Both the position numbers and the translations under genes were made by a program. The notes beneath the pieces are model-generated. The model was not told where the DNA came from, did no database searches, and worked only from the letters and a program-made list of their open reading frames with translations. A DNA stretch of 32,000 bases from contig NZ_SNUY01000003.1 of assembly GCF_004376175.1 (NCBI RefSeq), positions 52,224 through 84,223 of the forward strand, read 5' to 3'. Below, one piece after another: positions 18,149 through 26,326 of the stretch; position 1 is the first letter of the stretch, and each line of letters begins with the position of its first letter. Source of the stretch: Halalkalibacterium halodurans (GTDB lineage: Bacteria; Bacillota; Bacilli; Bacillales; Bacillaceae_D).

Positions 18149-19444
18149 ATGGAAAACAAAACAGTAACCCCTCATGCGAAAGGGCTAAAAGGTACGATTA
18201 AGGTTCCGGGAGATAAATCGATTTCCCACCGTGCGGTCATGTTTGGCGCACTCGCCAAAGGGACAACAACGGTAGAAGGGTTTCTACCAGGGGCTGATTG
18301 CTTAAGTACGATTTCTTGCTTCCAAAAATTAGGGGTATCGATCGAGCAAGCTGAAGAGCGAGTCACTGTAAAGGGAAAAGGCTGGGATGGTCTACGGGAG
18401 GCAAGCGATATTTTAGATGTGGGCAATTCAGGGACGACGACAAGGTTAATCCTCGGTATTTTATCTACTCTTCCGTTTCATTCGGTTATCATTGGCGATG
18501 AATCGATTGGCAAACGGCCAATGAAACGAGTCACAAAGCCATTAAAATCAATGGGCGCTCAAATTGACGGGCGCGACCATGGGAACTTAACGCCACTCTC
18601 GATTCGCGGGGGACAGCTAAAAGGGATTGATTTTCACTCGCCCGTTGCGAGCGCACAAATGAAATCTGCGATCCTTTTAGCTGGTTTGCGAGCGGAAGGG
18701 AAAACGAGTGTAACTGAGCCGGCGAAAACCCGGGATCATACGGAGCGAATGCTTGAAGCATTCGGAGTCAACATCGAAAAAGATGGGCTGACCGTGTCAA
18801 TTGAGGGAGGACAAACGTTAACCGGACAGCATGTCGTTGTACCTGGTGATATTTCTTCTGCCGCCTTTTTCCTCGTAGCTGGTGCGATGGTACCACACAG
18901 TCGTATCACGTTAACGAATGTAGGGATCAATCCGACGCGAGCAGGCATTCTCGAAGTGCTCAAACAGATGGGAGCAACGTTGGCGATGGAGAATGAACGT
19001 GTGCAAGGCGGTGAGCCAGTGGCGGATTTGACGATTGAAACGTCAGTGCTACAAGGAGTTGAAATCGGGGGTGATATCATTCCGCGGTTAATTGACGAGA
19101 TTCCAATCATTGCTGTCTTGGCCACCCAAGCGTCTGGGCGAACGGTCATTAAAGATGCGGAGGAGTTAAAAGTAAAAGAAACAAACCGAATTGATACGGT
19201 CGTTAGTGAACTTACAAAGCTCGGGGCATCGATCCATGCGACCGACGATGGAATGATCATCGAGGGGCCAACGCCATTAAAAGGAGGAGTGACTGTCTCG
19301 AGCCATGGCGATCATCGCATCGGCATGGCCATGGCGATCGCCGCTTTGCTTGCGGAGAAGCCGGTAACAGTTGAGGGGACAGAAGCGATTGCGGTTTCTT
19401 ACCCGTCCTTTTTTGATCACCTAGATCGATTAAAATCGGAATAA
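18149..19444 (+). CDS. aroA: 3-phosphoshikimate 1-carboxyvinyltransferase (EPSP synthase; aroE in B. subtilis nomenclature)
   Basis: [39 protein letters not shown]. 431 aa. Confidence 0.95.
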   Translation: MENKTVTPHAKGLKGTIKVPGDKSISHRAVMFGALAKGTTTVEGFLPGADCLSTISCFQKLGVSIEQAEERVTVKGKGWDGLREASDILDVGNSGTTTRLILGILSTLPFHSVIIGDESIGKRPMKRVTKPLKSMGAQIDGRDHGNLTPLSIRGGQLKGIDFHSPVASAQMKSAILLAGLRAEGKTSVTEPAKTRDHTERMLEAFGVNIEKDGLTVSIEGGQTLTGQHVVVPGDISSAAFFLVAGAMVPHSRITLTNVGINPTRAGILEVLKQMGATLAMENERVQGGEPVADLTIETSVLQGVEIGGDIIPRLIDEIPIIAVLATQASGRTVIKDAEELKVKETNRIDTVVSELTKLGASIHATDDGMIIEGPTPLKGGVTVSSHGDHRIGMAMAIAALLAEKPVTVEGTEAIAVSYPSFFDHLDRLKSE

Positions 19445-19450
19445 GACATT

Positions 19451-19488
19451 AGGTGGTATACGTATTTGATGCGTGGCCACCTTTTTTC
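19451..19488 (+). terminator. Intrinsic terminator ending the aromatic supraoperon
   Basis: AGGTGG (19451-19456) / CCACCT (19477-19482) stem followed by TTTTTTC, directly after the aroA stop. Confidence 0.6.
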
Positions 19489-19551
19489 TTTGCAAACCTA
19501 GGTTTTCCTTCAAATTCACTACTAGACAAATTTATTTTAATTTTTTGAATG

Positions 19552-19580
19552 AACTTATTGACTTCTACCACCAATAAGTT
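19552..19580. promoter_or_regulatory. Operator-like perfect inverted repeat embracing the promoter
   Basis: AACTTATTG (19552-19560) and its exact reverse complement CAATAAGTT (19572-19580), 11 bp apart. The arms overlap the -35 hexamer and abut the -10. Confidence 0.4.
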
Positions 19581-19585
19581 ATAAT
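19558..19585 (+). promoter_or_regulatory. Strong near-consensus sigmaA promoter (orphan)
   Basis: TTGACT (19558-19563), 16-nt spacer, TATAAT (19580-19585). Confidence 0.65.
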
Positions 19586-19591
19586 AAAGTC

Positions 19592-19699
19592 AGCGTATGG
19601 TTTCTCTCCACTCCTATCCATACTATACTCCTTATTAGCAATTTATTTGCTAAAGCTTAATTTGAAAGCGCTTCCGCTTTTAGGTTAAGCTCTTTTTTT
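19592..19699 (+). ncRNA. Candidate ~108-nt small RNA or cis-acting attenuator leader
   Basis: Transcript predicted from the 19558-19585 promoter. It has a 5' CU-rich single-stranded stretch (TTTCTCTCCACTCCTATCC...ACTCCTT), a hairpin TTAGCAA/TTGCTAA (19635-19641 / 19647-19653), then a 17-bp terminator helix (19654-19691; AGCTTAA...TTAAGCT with inner AAAGCG-cttc-CGCTTT) followed by C + 7 T. Confidence 0.4.
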
Positions 19700-19759
19700 G
19701 TTCTTTTTCCACGGCTCGATTCATAGCTTGTCTATAAGCAACGAATCGGGAGGGGAGTA

Positions 19760-20686
19760 ATGGTGACATATGTCATTCAAGGCATTTTAAAAGAAGAAGA
19801 AGACCGGATGGTACGGCGCTCGTTTCTCATTAAAGGGAATGAGATTGCCTACGTAAATGGTCGCTTAGATAAGCTAACGTTCATACGGATGAACGGAGAT
19901 CAGTTTTGCATGGCTCCAGGCCGTGTCATGAACAACGACGAATTAGAAACGAATTTGTCCATCTCCTCATTTAAGAAGACGTTAACTTCCATGATCGAAA
20001 AAGGGTGTACGTCGGTCGTTTACTTTGCTTCTGCGAACTATGAACGGCAATTGCCATTCGTCATCAAACAAGCGTACCATCGAATGAACAATTCGTTCAT
20101 TGATTATGTCATAGGCTTGTCACTACCGGCACATTTACTCCGTCCCTCCGTCCTGAGATTTTGTAAAAAAGAAAAAATTCCTGTGCTACGATTTAGTCTT
20201 CAATCGATCGACGACTTGTATGACGTCCCATGGTCTCGCTTGCAGGACGTTCTTTATTCCTACCCTATCGTTCTTTTGCCGAATATGAACGAATTGCTGG
20301 AAGGTGAACGGAAGCTGGCGGAGGACCTTTGGGTCAGCTTGTGTGAAGCTCATCGGATTTATGGTACAACCCATCCACCGAACAGCCTAGAGGCATGGCC
20401 TAAAACCTTGTTAAAATTAGTCGGTCTGTATCCAAAGAAGGGGGAACTTCGGGTCGGTGGTGATGCGGATTACTTATTGTATTATGTGGCTAGGACAAAC
20501 GCCACGCTTGCTGAGACGTGTGATCTTGATTATGATAGAGACAAGCCAAATGTCGTTGTGTTACGAGGGTCTGTGTTAAAAGCCAATGAGGTTACTTCCA
20601 TTCGTCCGGGGGGTGGAAGGCGTATTCGCATCACCCGACCTGGTCAGTTTATTCCTGTCTCGGAAGCGAGTCATTGGGGTATGTAA
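19760..20686 (+). CDS. Hypothetical protein, amidohydrolase-fold-like but lacking the HxH metal motif
   Basis: 308-aa ORF with a strong RBS (GGGAGGGGAG). The N-terminus (FLIKGNEIAYVNG...MNGDQFCMAPGRV) and C-terminus (KKGELRVGGDADYLLYY...VVVLRGSVLKANEV) resemble the split beta-sandwich of dihydroorotase/aminoacylase-type amidohydrolases. MNND stands where HxH normally follows PG-x-[IV]-D. Not part of the B. subtilis aroE-ypiA junction as I remember it. Confidence 0.55.
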   Translation: MVTYVIQGILKEEEDRMVRRSFLIKGNEIAYVNGRLDKLTFIRMNGDQFCMAPGRVMNNDELETNLSISSFKKTLTSMIEKGCTSVVYFASANYERQLPFVIKQAYHRMNNSFIDYVIGLSLPAHLLRPSVLRFCKKEKIPVLRFSLQSIDDLYDVPWSRLQDVLYSYPIVLLPNMNELLEGERKLAEDLWVSLCEAHRIYGTTHPPNSLEAWPKTLLKLVGLYPKKGELRVGGDADYLLYYVARTNATLAETCDLDYDRDKPNVVVLRGSVLKANEVTSIRPGGGRRIRITRPGQFIPVSEASHWGM

Positions 20687-20698
20687 GAATGAGGGCAT

Positions 20699-20727
20699 GG
20701 CATCGTGAGAACGGTGCCTTTTCCTTT
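20699..20727 (+). terminator. Intrinsic terminator after the 19760-20686 ORF
   Basis: GGCATCG (20699-20705) / CGGTGCC (20712-20718) stem (one G-U), 6-nt loop, TTTTCCTTTCTGTTT tail. Confidence 0.55.
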
Positions 20728-20809
20728 CTGTTTCCGCCGTTATTGGCGAGACACAAGTTTTTCTAATAATGAATAAACAAGTGATGAAGGCCAAAGAGGA
20801 GCGAATGGG

Positions 20810-22078
20810 ATGAGATTGATTGAACAAGCGATTGAAAAAATTGAGAGTGGACAAGTGACAGAAGGATTGACTGCTTTAGAGGAAGCGGCGAAAACCGCTA
20901 ACCATGAAATGAAATATACAGTTGCTGAAACGTATTATGAATTAGGTCACTTAGACAAAGCGCAAGCGATCATTGACGAGCTTTTAATGCTTTATCCAGA
21001 TGAAGGGGGCTTGTATACATTTGCCGCCGAAATCCTCATTGATTTAAATAAAGAAGATGAAGCGATTGAGATGCTTAATGAGATTAAAGAGCAGGATCCC
21101 GCTTTTTTACAAGCGCAATTATTGCTTGCTGACCTTTATCAGCTCCAATCATTAGATGAGGTGGCGGAACAAAAGCTACTAAAGGCATACGAGGTAGCGC
21201 CGGATGAACCGATCATTTCTTTTGGCTTAGGGGAATTTTACTTAGAACGGGGAGACTATATAAAAAGCATCCCCCATTTAAAACGAGCTAAGCATGGTGG
21301 TTTAACAAATGATCAAGTGAATGTAAGTTTAAAGCTAGCGGAAGCCTACAGTGGTAGCGGGCAGTTTGAAGAAGCGCTGCCTCATTATGATGAGGGATTA
21401 AAACAGAAACTAGATCCTCATGGGTTGTTCGGATATGGGTACACAGCTTATTTATTAGGTGATTATGTCCTCGCGATTGAGCAATTTCAAGCATTGAAAG
21501 CATTAGATCCAGATTTTACGACCCTATACCCGTATTTGGCGAAGGCTTTAGAAGGGGAAAATCGTTTAGAGGAAGCAATGGATGTTTTAAAAGAGGGGAT
21601 GATCGTGGATGAATACAACGAGACGCTCTACGTGCACGCAGGAAAGTTAAGCTTTAAAATGCAGCAACCGTCCAAAGGCGAAGCATTTTTACGAAAAACG
21701 ATTGCCTTAAACCCAGCAAATGTTGAAGCAGTTCGGACCCTGGCAGCATACTTAAAACATGAAGGGCGATTTGAGGCGTTGGTAGAGCTGATCGAGCATG
21801 TGAAAGGGTATGGGGAGGAGGATCCGCTCTTTACATGGTATGAGGCAGCTGCTTTAAAAGAAGGAGACCAATTTAAAAAAGCTTATGAGCTTTATCAAGA
21901 AATCTCTGTTGCCTTCAGTGAAGATCCTGACTTTTTAGAGGAATATGGGGATTTCTTGCTCGAGTATGGCGATCGCGTGAAAGCGTTAGAACAATACCGA
22001 GCCGCTTTAACAGTAGACCCCCATCGTCTGCATGTAAAGGAACGGATTTATGAATTGGAGCTTCAAGGGGAAAATTAA
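20810..22078 (+). CDS. ypiA: TPR-repeat protein (YpiA-like)
   Basis: 422 aa of repeated 34-residue A/Y/L-patterned helical repeats (e.g. AETYYELGHLDKAQAIIDELL, LGEFYLERGDYIKSIPHLKRA). Position upstream of ypiB/ypiF/qcrA. Confidence 0.7.
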   Translation: MRLIEQAIEKIESGQVTEGLTALEEAAKTANHEMKYTVAETYYELGHLDKAQAIIDELLMLYPDEGGLYTFAAEILIDLNKEDEAIEMLNEIKEQDPAFLQAQLLLADLYQLQSLDEVAEQKLLKAYEVAPDEPIISFGLGEFYLERGDYIKSIPHLKRAKHGGLTNDQVNVSLKLAEAYSGSGQFEEALPHYDEGLKQKLDPHGLFGYGYTAYLLGDYVLAIEQFQALKALDPDFTTLYPYLAKALEGENRLEEAMDVLKEGMIVDEYNETLYVHAGKLSFKMQQPSKGEAFLRKTIALNPANVEAVRTLAAYLKHEGRFEALVELIEHVKGYGEEDPLFTWYEAAALKEGDQFKKAYELYQEISVAFSEDPDFLEEYGDFLLEYGDRVKALEQYRAALTVDPHRLHVKERIYELELQGEN

Positions 22079-22182
22079 AAAAAGTTAGAGGTATTTTCGT
22101 CGCCGAAGCCGAATGAATTATGGTAGGATGATATCAAAGGAAACGCCTGAACGTGCAAATGGCATTAGGAGGGGTATGGCGC

Positions 22183-22734
22183 ATGGACGGCATTATTCCT
22201 GTTGTTGAAAAAAAGGATTTTTTGCGGTGGTTTTTAAAGGAGTTTACGTTGAAAAAGCGAGAATGTTCGTGGCTGCTTAATTATTTAATGAGCGATGATG
22301 ATCTGATGGAGAACGTTCATTTTGTAGAAGAAGCAGAACGTTGTCCAAAAGCGCTTATTATGTCCACAAATGATGTGCATACAGTCCCTTTTTGTTTTCA
22401 TAAGTATCAACAGGTCACAATGGATGCAGAAAAGGCGTTTCATGACATTCGCATGAATCCCGAGGAGGCGATCTACATCCAGCTTCATTTTTCCGGTGCA
22501 AAACATAACCCGAACTACATCGCCGTTTTAGAAGATAACCCGTACGTGCCTGAAAACGAGGATTTAATCGCAAAGCAGAAAAAACTGGCAGAGGCCTTTT
22601 TAGAAAGGTCCGTTCAGTCCTTTGAAGAAAAGGAGCTGCTTCGCCGAATCGATGAAGCGTTGGATGCGCGGGATAAAGAGACGTTCCTTACGTTCAGTCA
22701 ACAATTGCAACATTTAAGACAACACTCTGATTAA
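22183..22734 (+). CDS. ypiB: UPF0302 family protein YpiB
   Basis: EKKDFLRWFLKEFTLKKRECSWLLNYLMSDDDLMENVHFVE closely resembles B. subtilis YpiB as remembered. Start moved to ATG 22183 (RBS GGAGGGG, ~9-nt spacing). Confidence 0.75.
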   Translation: MDGIIPVVEKKDFLRWFLKEFTLKKRECSWLLNYLMSDDDLMENVHFVEEAERCPKALIMSTNDVHTVPFCFHKYQQVTMDAEKAFHDIRMNPEEAIYIQLHFSGAKHNPNYIAVLEDNPYVPENEDLIAKQKKLAEAFLERSVQSFEEKELLRRIDEALDARDKETFLTFSQQLQHLRQHSD

Positions 22735-22761
22735 AGGTTCTCCCCTTTGATCAGAGTTTTT
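22725..22761 (+). terminator. Intrinsic terminator after ypiB
   Basis: 13-bp stem CTCTGATTAAAGG (22725-22737) / CCTTTGATCAGAG (22744-22756) with one G-U, 6-nt loop, TTTTT. The stem includes the ypiB stop codon. Confidence 0.75.
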
Positions 22762-22914
22762 CTGTTGATAAAGAAAGGATAATTGGAGATGCCTTTTCTT
22801 TTTTGTTTTTGAAAATATAGTGAAGATCGTTTCCCTGAAATAGTGGCTATGATATGGTTATATTGACAAACTACACGAAACCAAGCAAATTACGTTAGAT
22901 AGGAGTTTGAACGG

Positions 22915-23382
22915 ATGAAGTGGAATACGAATGATGTGGACGTTTATTTGCAAGAACAAGAGTACATTGATACGGCCGTCCTTTCTTTACTACCTGTTTC
23001 GTTTGCTGAGGATAAAAAGAGTAGATTGGAGCAATTTGAGTTTGCCTACACCCTTTCGAATGAAGTAGAGAAACAGTTTAAAGGAAGGATCGTCCAGTTT
23101 CCTTCCTTCACGTATCATGTCTCTGAGGAGCAAGAACAAGCAGTTGAGCGATTGCAAGTATGGTTAGATGATCTGAATACTCTTGGAATGAAGCATATTT
23201 TTTTAATTACGTCAGATAGTAATTGGAAAGGATACGAAAAAACCTGTGAGGAGAACGTAGAACTCGTTTGGGTGCCATCGATTCCTTTAGCCCATCTGGA
23301 CGGGCAAGTGAAGCATAAAATCATCCAAGACCAATTGAACCAGCTGATCCCGATTATGACAAAGAAGTGGCAAAATCGGTAA
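22915..23382 (+). CDS. ypiF: YpiF-like protein (DUF2487 family)
   Basis: 155-aa ORF with a TAGGAG RBS. Called from size and from its position between ypiB and qcrA. No catalytic motif recognised. Confidence 0.55.
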   Translation: MKWNTNDVDVYLQEQEYIDTAVLSLLPVSFAEDKKSRLEQFEFAYTLSNEVEKQFKGRIVQFPSFTYHVSEEQEQAVERLQVWLDDLNTLGMKHIFLITSDSNWKGYEKTCEENVELVWVPSIPLAHLDGQVKHKIIQDQLNQLIPIMTKKWQNR

Positions 23383-23420
23383 CAGTGCGAAGAGAGAATT
23401 CGTTTCATACCTTCACGCAA

Positions 23421-23449
23421 TTGACAGTCGGTTCACGTTTTTGTAATAT
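23421..23449 (+). promoter_or_regulatory. Candidate sigmaA promoter of qcrABC
   Basis: TTGACA (23421-23426), 17-nt spacer, TAATAT (23444-23449). Confidence 0.55.
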
Positions 23450-23523
23450 TGAGTATGTCCTAGTATGAATGTGTCTTACTTGTCCGTTTGGACTGAATTA
23501 GTATAGGTAGGGGGGGATATCAA

Positions 23524-24024
23524 GTGAGCGAAAGAGAGCACAAAGTTTCTCGCCGTCAGTTTCTTACGTATTCTTTAATGGGTGTCGGTGGATTTATGGC
23601 TGCTGCGGCGTCTTTGCCGATGGTACGGTTTGCCCTTGATCCAGCGCTAAAGGCTGGCGCAGAAACGGAGCTTCATTACATCTGTGATTTGGATGATTTG
23701 ACAGAAGAACCACAATCTTTCAATTTGCAGTATGCACAGCAAGATGCATGGTATGAATCAGAAGCAAATCATACGGTCTACCTGTTTAGACATGGCGAAG
23801 AAGTGGTAGCCCTTTCATCCACATGTACGCACTTAGGGTGTACCGTTGCTTTTGGTACGAATGAAGATCATCCGGATCAGTTCTTCTGCCCTTGTCATTT
23901 CGGACGTTTCGAGAAGGACGGTACAAACGTTCCAAACTTGCCGCCTCAACGACCACTTGACCGTTATGAAGTATCGGTTGAAGATGGTAAAGTGTACCTC
24001 GGATCATTAATTCAAAACAGATAG
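23524..24024 (+). CDS. qcrA: Menaquinol:cytochrome c reductase, Rieske iron-sulfur subunit
   Basis: Twin-arginine-like SRRQFLTY signal. Rieske boxes CTHLGC and CPCHFGRF. GTG start after a GGGGGGG RBS. 166 aa. Confidence 0.9.
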   Translation: MSEREHKVSRRQFLTYSLMGVGGFMAAAASLPMVRFALDPALKAGAETELHYICDLDDLTEEPQSFNLQYAQQDAWYESEANHTVYLFRHGEEVVALSSTCTHLGCTVAFGTNEDHPDQFFCPCHFGRFEKDGTNVPNLPPQRPLDRYEVSVEDGKVYLGSLIQNR

Positions 24025-24039
24025 GAGGGGGGTTCATAG

Positions 24040-24711
24040 ATGTTACAGAGATTATACGACTGGATTGATGAGCGGTTTGATTTAACACCGATTTGGCGTG
24101 ATATTGCGGACCATGAGGTACCAGAACACGTCAATCCTGCCCACCATTTCTCAGCCTTTGTCTACTGTTTCGGTGGCTTAACCTTTTTTGTAACCGTTAT
24201 TCAAATTTTATCTGGAATGTTTTTAACGATGTACTACGTGCCAGATATTATCAATGCGTATCAATCGGTTGCATACTTACAAAACGAAGTGGCTTTTGGT
24301 GTCATCGTTCGTGGGATGCACCACTGGGGCGCAAGTCTTGTGATCGTGATGATGTTTTTACATACGTTACGTGTATTTTTCACGGGATCCTACAAGAAGC
24401 CTCGTGAGCTTAACTGGGTCATCGGGGTTCTTATTTTCTTCGTGATGCTCGGCTTAGGATTTACGGGATACTTGCTACCTTGGGATATGAAAGCTTATTT
24501 TGCCACAGTTGTAGGCTTGCAAATTGCTGAAAGTGTTCCGATTATTGGTGACTTTGCGAAAACGCTACTGGCCGGTGGAGAAATTATTGGTGCGTCGACG
24601 CTCGCTCGTTTCTTTGCGATTCACGTCTTCTTCCTACCAGCAGCCTTACTTGGTCTAATTGGTGTTCACTTTTATTTAATTCGAAAGCAAGGTATTTCTG
24701 GACCGTTGTAA
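24040..24711 (+). CDS. qcrB: Menaquinol:cytochrome c reductase, cytochrome b (b6-type) subunit
   Basis: Four-helix b6-like protein with conserved His pairs (RGMHHWGAS..., FFAIHVFFLP). 223 aa. Confidence 0.9.
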   Translation: MLQRLYDWIDERFDLTPIWRDIADHEVPEHVNPAHHFSAFVYCFGGLTFFVTVIQILSGMFLTMYYVPDIINAYQSVAYLQNEVAFGVIVRGMHHWGASLVIVMMFLHTLRVFFTGSYKKPRELNWVIGVLIFFVMLGLGFTGYLLPWDMKAYFATVVGLQIAESVPIIGDFAKTLLAGGEIIGASTLARFFAIHVFFLPAALLGLIGVHFYLIRKQGISGPL

Positions 24712-24754
24712 GCCACCCCAACGATTTTTATCATTACGTTATAAAGGAGGGAAT

Positions 24755-25540
24755 GTGGTGAAAAAAGGTAAAGGCTTAAAATTTGTAGGAGATTCCCGGT
24801 TAACGACGAAAGAACACCGGATGGCTAACGTGCCTAAAGATTATTCTGAATACCCAGGTAAGACCGAGGCGTTCTACCCGAACTTCCTCCTAAAAGAATG
24901 GATGGTCGGTGCCGTTTTCTTAACCGGATACTTGCTTTTAACAGTTGCTCATCCTGCGCCATTAGAGCGTATGGCTGATCCGACTGACTCAGGATATATT
25001 CCACTTCCTGACTGGTATTTCTTATTCTTATACCAGCTCTTGAAATACCCATTCGCATCTGGAGATTATAATGTTATCGGAACGGTTGTTATGCCTGGTC
25101 TTGCGTTTGGTGCCCTTCTGCTAGCACCGTGGCTAGACACTGGTAAGGAGCGCCGCCCGCTCCGTCGTCCGATTGCTTCAGGATTAATGCTCCTCGCGTT
25201 TGTGCTCATTGCCTATTTAACATGGGAATCGGTTGACCAGCATGACTGGGAAGCAGCTGCAAAGCAAGGGGAAATTGTTGAACAGGAAATCGATACAGAA
25301 GCGCAAGGATATGAGATTTACTCAAATCAACAGTCATGTATCGGCTGTCACGGAAACCAGCTTGAAGGTGGAGCTTCAGGTCCTAACTTAATCGAAAGTG
25401 AAATGACCGTCGACGAAATTAAAGAGGTCATTATTAACGGTCAAGGTGACATGCCTGGAGGAATGTTCGAAGGAACAGACGAAGAACTCCAGATTCTTGC
25501 AGAGTATATCGCCAACGATGGATTTGACCCAGAAGATTAA
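24755..25540 (+). CDS. qcrC: Menaquinol:cytochrome c reductase, subunit IV / cytochrome c fusion
   Basis: N-terminal subunit-IV-like membrane segment (PDWYFLFLYQLLK) and C-terminal c-type heme site CIGCH. GTG start after AAAGGAGGG. Confidence 0.85.
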   Translation: MVKKGKGLKFVGDSRLTTKEHRMANVPKDYSEYPGKTEAFYPNFLLKEWMVGAVFLTGYLLLTVAHPAPLERMADPTDSGYIPLPDWYFLFLYQLLKYPFASGDYNVIGTVVMPGLAFGALLLAPWLDTGKERRPLRRPIASGLMLLAFVLIAYLTWESVDQHDWEAAAKQGEIVEQEIDTEAQGYEIYSNQQSCIGCHGNQLEGGASGPNLIESEMTVDEIKEVIINGQGDMPGGMFEGTDEELQILAEYIANDGFDPED

Positions 25541-25547
25541 TGGGATG

Positions 25548-25581
25548 AAAAGCTGACTGTCTCGTCAGCTTTTTTCTTTTT
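25548..25581 (+). terminator. Intrinsic terminator after qcrC
   Basis: AAAAGCTGAC (25548-25557) / GTCAGCTTTT (25564-25573), 6-nt loop, T-rich tail. Confidence 0.8.
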
Positions 25582-25626
25582 CACATGTTGTTACCGTTGT
25601 TATTGATAAAGGGGGAAGCATCTTCC

Positions 25627-26235
25627 ATGTGGATCAAGCACCATTTGTTCTCATTTTTGGTCCGAAAAGACATACTTTGGGCACTGTTGGTCATCAACTT
25701 TCTCGGCACGATTTACGGTTACATATGGTACGCAGATCAGCTTGCGCAAACACCAGCGCATTTTTTGATTTTCGTTCCCGATAGTCCGACGGCTAGCTTA
25801 TTTTTCGTCTTTGTGTTAATAGCTTTTTTACAGAGGAAAAATTGGTCCCTTTTTGAAGCATTTGCTGCTGTTACTTTAATAAAATATGGGATTTGGGCTG
25901 TGGCTATGATTCTCGCGGGTGCTGCCGCCGGCGATACGCTCAACTGGCAACATTACATGCTCATCTTCTCCCACGGCGGCATGGCGATCCAAGCATATTT
26001 GTATATGTCTTACTACCGCATCCGTTTGTGGCATCTTCTTGTCGTCTCTAGCTGGACGCTCTTGAACGATTATATTGATTACGCCCACCTTATGCATCCT
26101 TGGGTATCGAGACGGTTAAACGACTATGTGATTCCTGAAATTGCTATGTTTACCGTCGGGTTAAGCTTGTTTAGTATTTTATCTGTCTATTTCTTGTCGG
26201 TGCGGGGAAAGGCAGCGAAACGTTCACTAGAGTAA
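25627..26235 (+). CDS. ypjA: Integral membrane protein YpjA-like (DUF1405)
   Basis: Polytopic hydrophobic protein. Position after qcrC matches B. subtilis. Start moved to ATG 25627 (RBS AAGGGGGAAG). The ORF-track start 25585 lies immediately after the qcrC terminator U-tail and has no RBS. Confidence 0.6.
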   Translation: MWIKHHLFSFLVRKDILWALLVINFLGTIYGYIWYADQLAQTPAHFLIFVPDSPTASLFFVFVLIAFLQRKNWSLFEAFAAVTLIKYGIWAVAMILAGAAAGDTLNWQHYMLIFSHGGMAIQAYLYMSYYRIRLWHLLVVSSWTLLNDYIDYAHLMHPWVSRRLNDYVIPEIAMFTVGLSLFSILSVYFLSVRGKAAKRSLE

Positions 26236-26240
26236 TTCTA

Positions 26241-26268
26241 AGGAAGCAAGGCCTTCTTGTCCTTTTTT
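26241..26268 (+). terminator. Possible weak terminator after ypjA
   Basis: AGGA..CAAG / CTTG TCCT bulged stem followed by TTTTTT. Confidence 0.35.
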
Positions 26269-26326
26269 AGGTCTACTCTTGTCCACACCTACATAGGATG
26301 GGAGTAGATGAAGGAGGGACGATGGT

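Noticed and set aside
19565-19621. Minus-strand micro-ORF MDRSGEKPYADFIITYWW* with a perfect AAGGAG SD 6 nt upstream and tandem Trp codons, tempting as a Trp-sensing leader peptide next to the aro/trp genes.
   Set aside because: It lies antisense to, and overlaps, the strong + strand promoter and the 5' part of its transcript. It has no recognisable promoter of its own and nothing downstream to regulate, because it points into the aroA terminator. The SD is simply the complement of the CU-rich motif on the + strand.
22786-22809. Tiny ORF MPFLFCF* with a weak GGAG upstream, in the ypiB-ypiF spacer.
   Set aside because: At 7 codons in a T-rich spacer, nothing distinguishes it from chance.
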